Source: Paraspadella gotoi
Taxonomy: Eukaryota; Animalia; Chaetognatha
Direction of reading: 5' to 3'
Assembly (NCBI GenBank): GCA_051294375.1
Contig: CM119264.1
Span: forward strand, 22,841,826 to 22,905,825
DNA: 64,000 nucleotides
Below are positions 1-15,506 of this stretch, one piece after another. The notes under the pieces are model-generated. The model was not told where the DNA came from. It made no database searches and saw only the letters and a list, made by a program, of their open reading frames with translations. The position numbers and the translations under genes are program-made. The stretch's first letter is position 1, and every line of letters starts with the position of its first letter.

Positions 1-1091
1 GCTGGTTGAGGAGGAGACGATGCAAAGAGAGAAGTAGGAGGAGGAAGAGGAGGAGGATGAGCTCAGCAGCGTCCTCTATTCCCCGCTTTGTTTCGATTGA
101 CTTTCTTCATCGATCAGTGAAGAGAGAAAGAGAAAGAGAAAGTAGAAAGAAAAAGTAAATGGAAACCAACTTAAAACTTAAAGAATTCGAAGAAAGAAAG
201 AGACAAGAATGTGATCGAAAAATAACGTAAAAGAAACGAGGGAGGAGGAGGAGGAGGAGGAAGGGGAGGGGGGGAGAGGGAGGCATCGTCTTGTGAATTG
301 ACATTTTGAAAAAAAGAAGACGAAATTCGCAGGTTTGAAGCGAATCGCTTTACGAGGATATTGACATTGGCGTTTTTCACGTTTTCTTCGAGATTTTCAC
401 TGTGCGCCAAAAAAAAGTTTTTTGAAGTCTTTATCTTTTGTGAAGAAAATATACTGTGGAGCTGATGATTTTGTCATTTTAAATTTTCAGAATTTTCTAA
501 CGGGCGACAATAATTCATAAATTTTCCGGAACTAAACAACGATTGTTCAAGTCAGAACTTTGTATGTTGTAACGCTTTTTATTTGTATGCAAAGAGTTTA
601 ATGTTCTGAGCCTACTTTTTACTTTTTCCATTTGATAACAATATACATACATTTTTCAATCTCATATTCTCTAAAGATGTTTTATGAATTATGATTAGAA
701 GTGATCCAAACGTGATCTGTCGTTTAAGTCTTAGATGTTGAATAAAAACGAAATATCAATTTCACTGATAAATTTTAATTGAGAATTGAGGAAAAAGTCT
801 ATCACACAAATCCCTTCCATCGGTGAAACAATATTTCTCACTTGAATTTTTTGTGAAAAAAAATGACTCCAAAGTCCGAACGTGTGATCGTCTCTCCGCC
901 GATCGACACTTCTGCCCTCTTGAGACTGAGTTTGACATTTAAAAGGAGGACAGAATCCAAACAAAAGACACTTTTGCTGACTAAGGGATCAAAGATGAAT
1001 TGACTCGTTGAAATAGTTAGTGTCATGCTTGTCTCTATAAGGAATGGCGAAAAGTAAGATTTTTCTTTACATTTAGATGTTAAAACATGTA

Positions 1092-1891
1092 CACTGCGGC
1101 GCAAAAAAAAGAAGCCACTTGTTAGCTCTAAATACCCCCACTATTTTTTTTTAATTTGAAAAAAAAATTATTAAAAGTATAGCTTTTTTAAAAAGCTATT
1201 CATTGGTGCAAAAAAATAATGGTTTAGGCAGTAGAATACAACAATAGTTTATAGTCAGAGTCTGAAAACGGAATTAGGAAAAAATCATTTTTGGAGATTA
1301 AGTTGATGATACTTTTTTTTCTGACTAATGACAAATGATTAATTTTCTATATAGTTTCCTTACTTATTTTAATTTGTTTAAGGTCAAAAATGGTTGACAC
1401 TTATCCCTACAGATATTCTATGATGAATTTGTTCAGTCAATTTCATATTATAAATATTTTATAATAGGGAAAAATCATTGACTCTTATTGTCTAAAAAAA
1501 ATTAATTTCTTTTTTTTTCAATTTTTTGTACCATATAACTTTTTGTCCTATAATGTTTGTCCTATAACGCTTTGCTCGATTTTATTTGGACTTGGACCAA
1601 TTGCTTCATCTTTTAATAAGCTCTGTTTATGTTTCTATAACTTAGTAGAGTTCAGTCATCCAATACGAGATNNNNNNNNNNTAATTTCTTTTTTTTTCAA
1701 CTTTTTGTACAATATAACTTTTTGTACTATAACTTTTGTCCTATAACGCTTTGCTCGATTTTATTTGGACTTGGACCAATTGCTTCATCTTTTAATAAGC
1801 TCTGTTTATGTTTCTATATCTTAGTAGAGTTCAATCATCCAATACGAGATTTTCGATGTGAAAAGTGGCTTCTTTTTTTTGCGCCGCAGTG
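1092..1891. mobile_element. Tc1/mariner-type MITE (non-autonomous DNA transposon)
   Basis: 29-bp terminal inverted repeats CACTGCGGCGCAAAAAAAAGAAGCCACTT (1092) / AAGTGGCTTCTTTTTTTTGCGCCGCAGTG (ends 1891), flanked by TA on both sides. AT-rich non-coding interior. Confidence 0.8.
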
Positions 1892-2817
1892 TACGTATAA
1901 ATTATTATACATGGAAAGGAAAAGAGATGTATACATATATAAATTATACATATGCAGTATACATATATAAATAACAAATGTATCAAATGTATCGATATTG
2001 AAAACATTAAAGACAGTGATTACAACTGCCTACGTTAATATTGATACGAGCTGAAAAAATATATTCTTGAAGTTCTCAGATTGCGACGACTATAGATTGA
2101 CTATGACTTAGTGACCATATCTAACAGACACACACACACACACACACAGACACACACAACACAGACCACACACACACACAGAGAACAGCACAGAGATGAC
2201 GAGAGGAGAGAGAGAGAGAGAGAGAGAAGAGAGAGAGGAGAGAGAGAGAGATGGAGGAGAGCGGAAGAGAGAGAAGAAAGAGCCGAGCCACTATTTTCAA
2301 AGTATATTATAATCTAATTTGCATAAAATATAACTAAGTAGTAAGAGAATGATTTGGAATCTTCGATAACCTAAAAAAGTTTGACAAAGCACGAGTAAAA
2401 ATGAAAGAAATAAAAGAAATAAAGAAATAAAATAATAAAAGAAATATAAAATCAGTAAAATAAAACGAAAGAAAAATTTAAAGATAGAAAGAAAGAAAGA
2501 AAAAAGAAAGAAAGAAAGAGTTAAATATAGAAAAAAAACAAAAAAAAAGGACATAACGATAAAATAGAAGAAAGAGAAAAATATAGAGACACAAAACAGG
2601 AAAAAAGTAAAAAGAAAGTCAATGACTTGAGGCCGTCGCGCGTTGCAGCAGATATATTACGTTTGCAGGTTACAGTAGTTTCAGGAGACATAAATTCCGA
2701 TTCGCGACGAATTACAGTTTTATCGTAAAATAGTCTTATTAAAATTTAACTTTTGGAATAAGCTTTTTTTTTTAAAAGTAGAGTTGAATTTAGATCGACG
2801 TCTAGAGATTGACAGAA

Positions 2818-2924
<107 letters not shown>

Positions 2925-3975
2925 AAAAATAACAGCGACGTCAGTGACGATGTCGAGAAGAACAGCAACAACGACGTCCATGAGGACGACGCTCATCGAC
3001 ATCGACTCGTCTTCAACGTCCAAGGACCTTCGACTCGTCGCAGAATCGAGCAATAGCGGACGGCATCGCAATGAGAAGACGAGGAGGACGAGCGATGGAA
3101 TCGGATCGGGAGGAAGAGGATATCGACGACGAAGACAACGACGACGACGACGACGACAACTACGACGAGAAGACGAAGCTGACGTGAGGCTCCGCCGCGG
3201 TGTTTCTGGCAGCAGCAGTCGCGGCGGGGAAAGGACGGAGCTGCAGCAGCCAGTCGTCGGCAGCAGCAGTGATGATATAGAGAACACGACGACGACAATG
3301 AAGACGTCGACGTCGACTACGGCGAAAATTATTGTGATAGAGGCTACGATGAAGGACGAGCACAACGACCTGGGAAATAGCGATATTGTAATTATTGTAA
3401 AAAAAGAAACGTTTGCGCTATTACTCTTCTTAACCTTTTCCATGCGTATCGAGCCAAGTTCCGTATTTTTTTTTCTTTGTTTCGTAAGTTGCTTTGATTA
3501 GTTATATATTAATGACAAAGATAATTACGTTTTGGTAAAAATAATGAAATTGTATGTTAGAAAACTATGTACATACTTTTAATTTCCGCCATATGTTCCG
3601 TAAGTACCCAATTAATGTTTAAAGTCAGAATCAAATAAGTTAGGTTAGGGGTTAAGGATAGAGGTAAGGTAAAATAAGGTTTGGGTTAAGGATTGGGTTA
3701 AATATTTGGTAAAAGATTAGGATTAAATATTTGGGTAAAAATAAAATTGAGGGATGAGGAGAGGAAATGGAGCGCTTTCGAAAAATGTTTTTTTTTCACA
3801 TTGTTAGTTTGTTAGTTTAGATAAGTTTTCCAGCTCTTTCCAATCATTTTCTTTCATTTCTAATTAACTAAGAAGTAAGAAAGACTTATACTTTTTTGGT
3901 CGCGACTTTCGACCGAAAAAAAAATCGAATTCGTGTTAAGTTTAACACTTTTTTCCTTCCGAAGTGAAAAGGAAA

Positions 3976-5519
3976 ATGGAGGAAGGTGGCCCCGCCCTCA
4001 AAAAGTCCCGCCCTTACTTCGCACTACCTCCGCCTGGCCGGCAGCTTGCGTCCCCGCGTGGAAGGCTGCGGCGGCGGCGGCGGCTGAGGACGCCCTGCCA
4101 ACTCGCCGCCGCAAACAACAGAAACGATCAAATTGGCTTTGAGATGAGGCTGGAAGAGGACAAGGACGGTGGACGCTTGGACGACCCGCCTGGCAAGATA
4201 TGCTGAACTACAATACCATCAGTGGGAAGCAGAACCAGGATGAAGAGCTATAATCATTTTCTCGAGACAAATTCATTGGGGTGGGGAGTTCTCATCTCAT
4301 AACGCCTATGGGAAATTCAAATCAATCAAATAAATCAATAAAAAATCAATAATTAAATCAAAAAAACAATCAATCGACTTTATCAATAATTTTATTTAAA
4401 AATCTATCAATCAATCATCAATCCTTTGAAATTCAGACATCAAATCTATACTTTTCTCATCCCTAAGGCTGATGGAGGTGTAAAGAAAAAAACGTCTCGA
4501 AACGAGCGAAAACTACAACCAACTCAATGCGGAAATAATTATGAGTGGAGCGAAAGGTTCGCCAAACATTCAGAGGAAGAATTGGGCTCACATCGAAAAG
4601 TCGCTTCCTTATATGGGCAATTGAAGGAATCGTGAGCAACGAAGTTTCTCTCTAAGAAAATTTTTTTCCCCAAAAAGGGATGGGGTAAAAAGGGAGGGAT
4701 TTTGCAGGTAAGCCTTCGTTTTTGGGTTTAGTCGTCAGGTAAGTCGCAAATCGTAACATAAAAATTTTTAAATATAAGTCGTACCCATATTATAGTGATT
4801 ATTAGTGCTAGTAATATCGCAACTCAACCAGCCGGTTGAGGCGTACATCTTCACCTGTTGCGTGGGTCTTTAGACCTTCCAGCTGTCATCGCTTAGTAGT
4901 CTTCCTAACAACGGTCAATCGTTTAGGTAATAATAATAAACTCGCAGTTGGATTACTGCGTACTCCCGCTAAGCCATTTATGAGTGGCTAAATACATTCA
5001 TGAGTGAAGTATACCGTCATGTTAAAAGCCTGTTACCGTTCTCTTTATTGTAAATGCTATTAGGAGAGGAATGTATTGTAAATTGATTAAAGAAGCTTAA
5101 TATTCTCATTCTGAAATGCTTACCACGAATTACTCCGCTTCATTTTAATCCCGGGATTTTTGAATATTCCTTCCCTAGGGAACTGACCACAGAAACAAAA
5201 AAGAAGAGTATTAAATCGGCGCGGCAAATTTGGAGAGAATTTCGCGAAGAAGTCACACGAAGACGAAAATTGGCATTTGATCGACTGCAGCGCGAGCATC
5301 GCTTCAGTCTCGGATCTTTCGCAGCATTGCCGGTGGAGAGGCAAAAGGATTGATTGGATTGATCTTGTTTCTTTCTCTCTTTCATTCATTTCATTCAATC
5401 TCTCCACTCTTTCAATCCATTCATTAATTTATTGATTCATTTCAACCAACTATTTATTTGATTGATTAATTAATGATTGATTGATTTGATTGATTGATTT
5501 GATTGATTGATTTATTCAT

Positions 5520-5566
<47 letters not shown>

Positions 5567-6143
5567 TTATAATTTTTATTTATTTATTCATTCTCATTCA
5601 TTTCATTCATTCATTCAATTCATTTCATTCATTTCATTCATTCATTCATTCATTCATTCATTCATTCAATTCATTCATTACGCAAGATCTCAAACATCCA
5701 CGAATCCTTGGAATTTCTGGACGACCTCCTCCGAATTCAGTTCTTCTGAATTCGAGGATAACAACGACGACTTCAGCAATGACGACGGCGGACGACGACT
5801 TGTGCAACGTTCGCATTCAACGTCGCCAAAAACTTGGACGGACGACTACGACGACGGACGACGACGACGGCGTCAACAAGAGAGAAAGGGGACGCTGATT
5901 TCCGTCGACCACGCCCACTGACGGCGTCGCGTTTCGATTTCCGGTCTGCGTTAAAAGATGAGAGTCGGACGACGACGAGAACGACGCACCGAGAACGGGA
6001 CGATGGAAAGAAGAGAGAGGCGAGACTGCTTAATCGATTTTCGCGATCTGAACCTCGGTGGACCGAACGGCGATGGGGAACCGTTGGCGACGTTGGCGCC
6101 GGCGTTGGCCGTCGAAAAAGACGAGAAACAACAACGGAGATGA
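3976..6143 (+). other. Possible spliced gene of unknown function (candidate exons ~3976-4206, ~4468-4707, ~5179-5340, ~5688-6143)
   Basis: GC/CpG-rich blocks bounded by plausible acceptors (ccctaag, ttccctag, cgcaag) and a donor (gcag|gtaagc at ~4707). I could not build a consistent reading frame or recognise a family. Confidence 0.25.
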
Positions 6144-7064
6144 AAAACGAAATGGAATGGACGATAAATCGAAAGAAAAAAAAGCGAGAGCTGGAGACGA
6201 GGATGAAAACGCACGACGACGATTGACAAACTGACGGCGTCGGCGCGACGGACGACGATGGAAGGACAACCCCCGGCCTTCGTTAGACGAACGAAAGATG
6301 TCCCACCAACGACGTCGCCGCCTCTGGTTTCTTATGGAAAACAAATAATATACGAAAGCGCCGACTCCGCCACCCAGGCACAATAGGCCGAAAGTCGAAA
6401 GCCGTTGACATTTTGTCCTTTCATAACCTTTTGTTTATTATTTTGTTACATTTTTGAAAGTAAAGTATGATTGTAATTAAAATGTGACATACGGCATCTT
6501 AAGGTTTTTTTTTTTTAAATTAATCATTATGGAAAAGATTCCAAATTTTATTTCGTCTGCCGATTCATACTAGAACGTACCTTTTGTTTTTCCTGTGTTG
6601 TCCCTAAACAATTCGCCCTATTTCGAGTTTTTTTTTTTAAAATCGCGGTAATTAAAACAAAAAGTCAGCTTTTCGTAAACTTTCTTAAAGTCAAATTTAA
6701 TCTATCACGTGCAGTTAAAAAAAAACCTTCTTTAAAAAAAATTTTGCGTCGTACATTAAATTTTGCAAATATTATACGTTTTAAATAAAAAACACGTCTG
6801 TATTTCTAAGAATACCAATAAAATACAAGCAACAAAAGAGAAAGTTTAAAAATGCATCATGATAAATCAACTTTAAAATGGAGCGATCAAGCAATAAAAT
6901 AATATTTAATATTTAATATATATATTATTAATATTAATATTAATAAATATTAAATAACGTCTTATTACTACATTTTGAAATTTGAAGTTAAAGGCCGGAT
7001 CATAGACACAGGAAAGACAGAGAAAGAGAAGAGCAGAGCAGAGAGAGAGATGATGAGAGAGAGA

Positions 7065-7099
<35 letters not shown>

Positions 7100-7850
7100 A
7101 TGATATTTTTCAAAAGGAGGATCCGAAAAAGAGGAGGCGATCATTATTGTTCCTCGTAGTGAGAGATTTTATACTTGGTGCAAACTCTTTCCGACTTTAA
7201 CGTTGTATTTAATTACTTGAAGTTTTAAAATTATGCCGAAACGCTGTTATGATTGAGTGTACCTTCTATTCACTAAATTACTAGTTACTTAAAGTTAAAA
7301 TAAGAACTAACTCTACTAAGGTCATAACTCAAGGCATAAAAAATAATTAACATTATCAATAAAAATCATTCAGTGACAAATGATTTTAGGCGTACATATA
7401 GTTTTCCTTCAAAACTAACTTAAAAGTTCTACAAGCAAATTTAAATGAACGCTTCAGCAGACCAAATATAAAGCTTTTAAAAAAGTTTTTATTTTTGTTG
7501 CCAACTCATTCGGTATGTTGAGAAAAACTCATCAAAAAAAACGCATGACAATAATATCCATCCATCTGCCTTCTCTCTCTTCTCTCTCTCTCTTCTCCTC
7601 TCTCTCTCTATCTCTCTCTCTTTCTCTTTTCTTGGGCTTCACGCTCTGTCGACTTTTTCCGCTCTTTTCGTCTTCTTCGTCCGTATTCTTCGTCGTTGCT
7701 TCTTTCGTCGTCTTCATCGTCGATCGATATACAATCAAGTCGTTTTTCGTCGGTCGTCGATTCGCTGAGCTTCCGCCTTCCGGATTCGATCGTTTTCGTT
7801 TTACTGGAGCATGCATGACGACGAAGAAGACGTTCATCGCTTCTCATTTT

Positions 7851-7929
<79 letters not shown>

Positions 7930-8224
7930 TCTCTCTCTCTTCTCTCTCTCTCTCTACGCCCTTCCACTTTCGTTCTTACTTTCTCGATTCCAAGATTTTT
8001 GTTTAATAAATATACACCTGATTTTTTTGCTAAGTTACATAAAAAGAATTAACATAATATAAATAAAAAAGCAAATAAAAAACCTTTTTGCGAAACATTT
8101 TTTACTTTTCTCATATAATAAAAGTAAGTAATTTACATATTGAATATTATGAATCAAACTGTTAAGAATCACGAACATCGGAAATGTTTTACCGCATGAT
8201 TGGCCGATGAGACTCTTCTGTCTC

Positions 8225-8286
<62 letters not shown>

Positions 8287-9593
8287 TCTCTCTCTCTCTC
8301 TCGCTCTGCAATAGGNNNNNNNNNNNNNNNNNNNNNNNNNATCAGAGTAATTTATTTTTGAGTTAGTATTATTGTTTAGCGTTATTATTCTTTTGCTTTT
8401 CTTTACTAGACATCTTCTGCTTTGCCTCTTTCTCGTTTTATTTTCTTTTCCCTTCTTATTTTTCTTTCCTCATTTCTTTTCTCTGCGTGAGGAGACGAGT
8501 AAATGAAAATCTCCCGCCACGTCGTTCGGCTCAGTTCGAAAAAAAAAACAGACTCGAAAAAAAAACCGTTTCTGTTATTTAATCTATAATTGAAGTACTT
8601 CTAAAATTACTTGCTATTTATACGTAATCTAAAGTAAGTAAAATTAAACTTTGTTAATTTGATATTAAGTTATAANNNNNNNNNNNNNNNNNNNNNNNNN
8701 NNNNNNNNNNNNNNNNNNNNNNNNNNNNNNNNNNNNNNNNNNNNNNNNNNNNNNNNNNNNNNNNNNNNNNNNNNNNNNNNNNNNNNNNNNNNNNNNNNNN
8801 NNNNNNNNNNNNNNNNNNNNNNNNNNNNNNNNNNNNNNNNNNNNNNNNNNNNNNNNNNNNNNNNNNNNNNNNNNNNNNNNNNNNNNNNNNNNTTTTTTTA
8901 TCTGAGGCAGCGAAATAACCCCAGAGAAGCAAATTCTCTCTTCTTTTCGCTCAGTTTCCATACAGTTTTCACCTTCAACAAAGAGGCCATATTTTCTTCG
9001 TTTGAACCCCGTGGATAATAACTGGTTTTTCGTTACAGAATTCGTTTCCGTGGCTCGATTTTCTAGCGACGGGCGGGGAAGCGCGCGCGCAGAAGCAAAT
9101 CGAGTGAAAAACAGTTTCTGTGCGCGCGTCGGATTGGCTGAGCTGGAGAGACGGCGAGTGGCGCTGTGTTGGAGAAACCACAATGGGCAGAATGATGAAG
9201 TGATGTTGTAGAAACCGGGATGGCGGGAAGTGCGACGTCGTGAGATGAGCTCAGTTGGAGTGGCTCAGTAGTTTGCACTGCAAAGCCCTCGGTGATGGCG
9301 CCGTGTGGTAGAGTTGGCATTAAAACGGCAACGGATCGTATTGTGGCGACTCAATATTGGGTTTGTGGTGGCGAAATACTTTCTGGAGGTCGTCCTTGTT
9401 TTAGTTTTCGTCCTCATTTTTAAAAGCAGTTTTTGAGGTCTTGGGCTAAGAGCTTTAGTTTAAGATTAGTTTCGCACAAACTCTGAGAGAAATTTCAAGA
9501 AGTAACCTCGACTATAAGTTTTACGATTATATAAAATAAAAACAATTATGTTTGTTTGAAGGTAAAACTTGTTTATATCTAATAATATTAAAA

Positions 9594-10571
9594 CTGCTGC
9601 TTTATGTTTGAATTAATACAATACCCCCAAAAGTATAAAAAAAAACAGTATTTCTCCATATCGAGGCAATCTAGCTCCGATGTTATTTTTTTTCCCCTTC
9701 CGCTCCTGAGAAGCGATTTCTTGCTTTTCCGCTTCGCAGCCTCGGAAAGAAATTCGTCTCCTTTCCGCTTGGATTTCTGCGACAAGTTGTTTCATTTTAT
9801 GGCCGGCGATTCGAGACAATGACGACGACGACGACGTCGACGATGAATTCAATCCGTATTTGATCCAATTCTGGCTCAATTACGACCTCAGCCGCCTTCG
9901 TTACTAACACCAATTCCTTTCTTTTCTTATTCTCCTCTTCCTCCTTTTTCCTCTTTATTTTTCTCCAAAGGCTTCATTCACTTTTTCCCTTTATACTTTT
10001 TTTCTTTTTTCCGGGTTGCACCAATTTTTCCTTCTTTTTTTTTGGCTCCTCTCCGCTGCCGCTACCGCCGCCGCCGCCGCTGCCACAGCTGCCGCCGCCA
10101 CCGCCGACACCCCACTCCGCCCGATGATTACGCTACGTCTACAGCAAGGATCGGTTGGATCGCCCATGGAGATTGGAGAACGACGGGAGAAAAAAAGAAA
10201 ACGGAGAAAAAAAAATCATAGTGTCATAAAAAAAAAAAAATCATAAAATCATCTCTCAAATTTTAATCAAGATTCAACTGAAATATATATTATTCAAAAA
10301 CGAACGAGATGAGGTGAACTTTACTACTAACTTTCACGAACCAAACTGTAGTCAGTACCAATTACGTTCTCCCTGCTAATTCATCTATTCCTTCCTTTCT
10401 TCTTTCCTCTTCATATTTATGTTTCTCCCTTCTCTTTCCCACTCCCACCCCTCCACCCTCCACCATCGCCACTGGCTCTTGTCTCATTTCGTCCTCATCG
10501 AGAATGATGAACGAGTCCAAATTCCTTCCTCGTGATTATCCCATTAAAAACGCGGAAAGAAAATTATGACT

Positions 10572-10607
<36 letters not shown>

Positions 10608-10827
10608 ACAAAAGACAAAAGTAACAAAAGGGAAACAAGTTGGCGAACACAGAACGTTAAGCGACTCTATTTATCTGTTTTGTTCCGGTCGGAAGCGCAG
10701 GAGAGAGAGAGAGAGANNNNNNNNNNNNNNNNNNNNNNNNNAGAGTACGAGAAGGAACGAGAGAGAGAAGAAAAGAGAAATGAGAGAGAGAGAGGCAGAG
10801 AGAAAGAAGAGGAAGAGGAAGAGAGAG

Positions 10828-10858
<31 letters not shown>

Positions 10859-12598
10859 TAAACTCAAATTATACTCGAAATCAGGAGAAATAAATGTTTT
10901 CTGCATTGGATGAGACGGGTCATATTATTAAAAATATATTACAAAATCACAAAAATAATGAAAACGTCTTAAGTATTACTGAAATGTAACAACCATATAT
11001 AATATGACTGATGACGTAATTTTCGCAAATTCACATTAGACAAATCAAAACGGCGAAGAGATTGGGAAAGAGAGCCAGAAGTTTTAATCATTTTCTTATA
11101 AGCAATTCAGGTTCTCTCCTCTTTCTCCTCTCTCTCTCTTCTCTTCGTCTCGCCTTCCTTTCTCTCTTCCCTCTTCTCACGCCGGGCTTCCACGCGGTGA
11201 CCGGTTACGAGGGATCGGCGGGTCCACGTCACGGCGTCGCGCGGTTAGTCCAGTGACCAAAATCGCGTCACAGAAACGAACATCGTTAGTCAGCGTCCGT
11301 GTAACACGGGAAGGAGTAAGATGAGGAGGAAGAGCAGAATGACAACGAGACTGATTAATGGCAGAAATGACGCTGTTTATCGAAGGTCCGCAGATTCGGG
11401 AATCCCGATGCTCTTTTTTTTCTTCTTCCGGTAATCGGTCGACGCATCAGAGGCGATGATTTGAAATGAATCATCGATTCTGATTCGTCAAACGATTAAT
11501 ATTAACACAATATTAACACACAATATTTAACCAACATATATAACCAAATTGATACTTTTTGTGTTCACTTTCTAATCTCGTTGCTCGTAGTGTCATTGTC
11601 AATTAAAAAAAACATTTTATAACTTGAATAAAAAAAGTTTTTGGATTTAAGAGTTTTTCCCTAATTAGCTTTTCATTTCGCTCAAACACAACTTCATTTC
11701 CTCCATCATTACCCAAATTCCTTGTTCTTCTATTTTCCTTTTCCCTCCTTTCCTCCGTTCTCCTTTTCCACTTCCCTCTACACCTCCCTCTCTTCTCCTT
11801 TTATGACGCCCCCCACATCTTTTCTCCCGACGTGAAAGAGGGGATGAAGTCGATGGAGCGAAAGGGATGATATCCTTCGTTCGAGAGAAGAAACGTTTGC
11901 ATACATTGCAGTCAATTCGTCGAGCGAAGCCAAACGCCACCAATGGCGCGAGGCTTCGAATAAATTACAACAATCAATTGTGGGTCGTAACCCGGGAGAG
12001 GGAATTGGCCGTAAATCGCCCAAAATGTCCATCGATGTAATTTCAAATCGCATATTTTGATCATGCGCCGAAAAATGGAGAGCGAGGAAGGCATAAATTG
12101 CCGGAACTCGCTGACGCGAAGCCACGTCACCTCCGAGGAGAAGGGCAATTGCAATAAAATGCAGTCGTTCGACGAAGGTTTTTCGTTCTGGTCAACAACC
12201 GAGAACAAAGGGGGTGGGCAGGGTGAGAGAGGCGGGGGGGGGACTGGAAGAATGAAGGATGGTGGCTCGTTCAATGTCGGTGTACGCAAAGGGAAGTTGG
12301 ATTAATGAGTTTTTGAATCGTCATTTGAGGAGTTTGGAATAGATGACATTCTGTTCTCAAATATACTCGGAAATAGGAGAAATAAATGTTTCTGCATTGG
12401 ATGACGTCATATTATTAAAAATATTACAAAATCACAAAATAATGAAACGTCTTAGTAATTTTATGAAATTGGTACAACCAATATATATATATATGACTGA
12501 TGACGTAATTTTCGCAATTCACAATTAGACAAATCAAAAACGAAAAGAGATTGGGAAAAGAGCCAAAGTTTATAATCATTTTCTTATAAGCAATTAGG

Positions 12599-12634
<36 letters not shown>

Positions 12635-15460
12635 GCTCCCTTTCTCTCTTCCCTCTCTCTCTCACGACGCGGGCTTCCCGCGGTGACGGTTACGAGGGAC
12701 GCGGGTCCACGTCACGGCGTCGCGCGTTTAAGTCACGTGACCAAAATCGCGTCACCGAAACGAACTCGTTAGTCAGCGTCCGTCGTAACGGGAGGAGTAA
12801 GATGAGGAGGAAGAGCAGAATGACAACGAGACTGAATTAATGGCAGAAATGACGTCTGTTTATCGAAGTCGCGATTCGGGAATCCCGATGCTCTTTTTTT
12901 TCTTCTTCCGTAATCGGTCGACGCATCAGAGGCGATGATTGAAATGAATCATCGATTCTGATTCGTCAAACGATTAATATTAACCACAATATTAACCACA
13001 ATATTAACCACAATATTAACCACAATTGATCTAATTTTGGTTTCACTTTCTATCTCGTTGCTCGTAGTGTCATTGTTTCAAATTAAAAAAAAACATTTAT
13101 AACTTGAATAAAAAAAGTTTTTGGATTTAAGGTTTTTCCTAATTTAGCTTTTCATTTGCTCAACACAAACTTCATTTCCTCATCATTCCCAAAATTCCTT
13201 GTTACCTTCTATTTTCCTTTTCTCCTTTCCTCCGTTCCTCCATTCCACTTCCTCACACCTCCCTCTCCTTTCCTCCTTTTATACGCCCCCCCACATCTTT
13301 TCCTCCCGACCGTGACAGAGGGCGATGAAGTCGATGGAGCGAAAGGGATGATTCCTTCGTTCGAGAGAAGAAACGTTTGCATAAATTGCAGTCATTCGTC
13401 CGAGCGAAACCAAAACCGCAAACCAATGGCGCGAGGCTTCGAATAAATTACAATCAATTGTGGTCGTAAACCCGGGAGAAGGGAATTGCGTAAATCGCCA
13501 AAATGTCCATCGATGTATTTCAAATCGCATATTTGAATCATTGGCGCCGAAAAAATGGAGAGCAGGGAAAGCATAAATTGCCGAACATCGCTGAAGCGAA
13601 GCCAACGTCACTCCGAGGAGAAGGGATTGCATAAAATGCAGTCGTTCGGAACGAGGTTTTCGATTCTGGTCAAAACCGAGAACANNNNNNNNNNNNNNNN
13701 NNNNNNNNNNNNNNNNNNNNNNNNNNNNNNNNNNNNNNNNNNNNNNNNNNNNNNNNNNNNNNNNNNNNNNNNNNNNNNNNNNNNNNNNNNNNNNNNNNNN
13801 NNNNNNNNNNNNNNNNNNNNNNNNNNNNNNNNNNNNNNNNNNNNNNNNNNNNNNNNNNNNNNNNNNNNNNATGTCGAGTTATACTCAAAGTGCGAAAGTT
13901 GGATTATGAGTTTTGATCGTCATTTGAGGAGTTGGAAATAGATGAATTCTGTCAGAGAAAGAAGAAGAGGTAAGTAAGGGGAAGAAAAAAGCGGCAGAAA
14001 TTATAGGTAAAGAGAAGTTGTCCACAATTTGAACATTTCTGAATGTTTTAAACTTTTAATTCACGTTCTGAATCTTCAAACATTGTTATTAGAAATCCTC
14101 AGCAATAACCAATTATTTTAAACAACGCTGTACCTGTCCGATCTGGATTTTGATCTTGAAAATACCAAGAGCCAATTTCATCTCTGACGAATGGAATGTT
14201 CAGAAGCGAAGATCTTCGNNNNNNNNNNNNNNNNNNNNNNNNNCCACACACAGAGAGAGATTGCTGCTTTTATGTTTGAATTATACAATACCCCAAAATA
14301 TAAAAAAAAACAGTATTCTTCCCAATATCGAGGCAATCTAAGCTCCGATGTTATTTTTTTTTCCCCTTCCGCTCCTGAGAAGCGATTTCCTTTGCTTTTT
14401 CCGCTTCGCAGACCTCGAAAGAATTCGTCTCCTTTCCGCTTGGATTTCTGCGACAAGTTGTTTCATTTTATGGCCGGCGATTCGAGACAATGACGACGAC
14501 GACGACGTCGACGATGAAATCAATCCGTATTTGATCCCAATTCTGGCTCAATTACGACTCAGCCGCCTTCGTTACTAACACCAATTCCTTCTTTTCTTAT
14601 TCTCCTCTTCCTCCTTTTTCCTCTTTATTTTTTCTCAAAGCTTATTCACTTTTTCCCTTTATACTTTTTTTCTTTTTTTCCGGGTTAGCACCAATTTTTT
14701 CCTTCTTTTTTTTTGGCTCCTCCCGCTGCCGCTACCGCCGCCGCCGCCGCTGCCACAGCTGCGCAGCCACCGCGACACCCCACTCCGCCCGATGATTACG
14801 CTACGTTCAGCAAGGATCGGTTGGATCGCCATGAGATTGGAGAACGACGGGAGAAAAAAAGAAAACGGAGAAAAAAAATCATAGTGTCATAAAAAAAAAA
14901 AAATCTCCCTTTTTCATAAATCATCTCTCAAATTTATCAAGATTCAATCTGAAATAATTATTCAAAAACGAAACGAGATGAGGGTGAACTTTACTACTAA
15001 CTTTCACGAACCAAACTGTAGTCATACAATTACGTTCCCTGCTAATTCATCTATTCCTTCTTTCTTCTTTCTCTTCATATTTAGTTTCTCCTTCTCTTTC
15101 CCCACCCACCCTCCACCCTCCACCATCCGCCACTGGCTCTTGTCTCATTTCGTCCTCAATCGAGAATGATGAACGAGTCAAATTCCTTCCTCGTGATTAT
15201 CCTTCAACGCGGCAAGAAAATTAAGACTACGACTGACGACGAGACGACGACGACGACGACGACGACGACGACTAGAAACGACAAAAGACCAAAAGTAACA
15301 AAAGGGAAAACAAGTTTGGCGAACACAGAACGTTAAGCGACTCTATTTATCTGTTTTGTTCCGGTCGGAAGCGCAGGAGAGAGAGAGAGAGAGTACGAGA
15401 AGAACGAGAGAGAGAGAAAGAGAAAGAGAGAGAGAGAGGCAGAGAGAGAGAGAGAGAGGA

Positions 15461-15506
<46 letters not shown>

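Noticed and set aside
1501-1850. ~170-bp direct repeat inside the MITE
   Set aside because: It flanks an 10-N gap exactly, so it is most likely an unmerged contig overlap.
3636-3745. TTAGGG-like repeats
   Set aside because: Degenerate and interstitial, not a telomeric array.
12732-12741. Perfect GTCACGTGAC (CLEAR/E-box) motif
   Set aside because: It is not reproduced exactly in the other two noisy copies and no linked gene start was identified.
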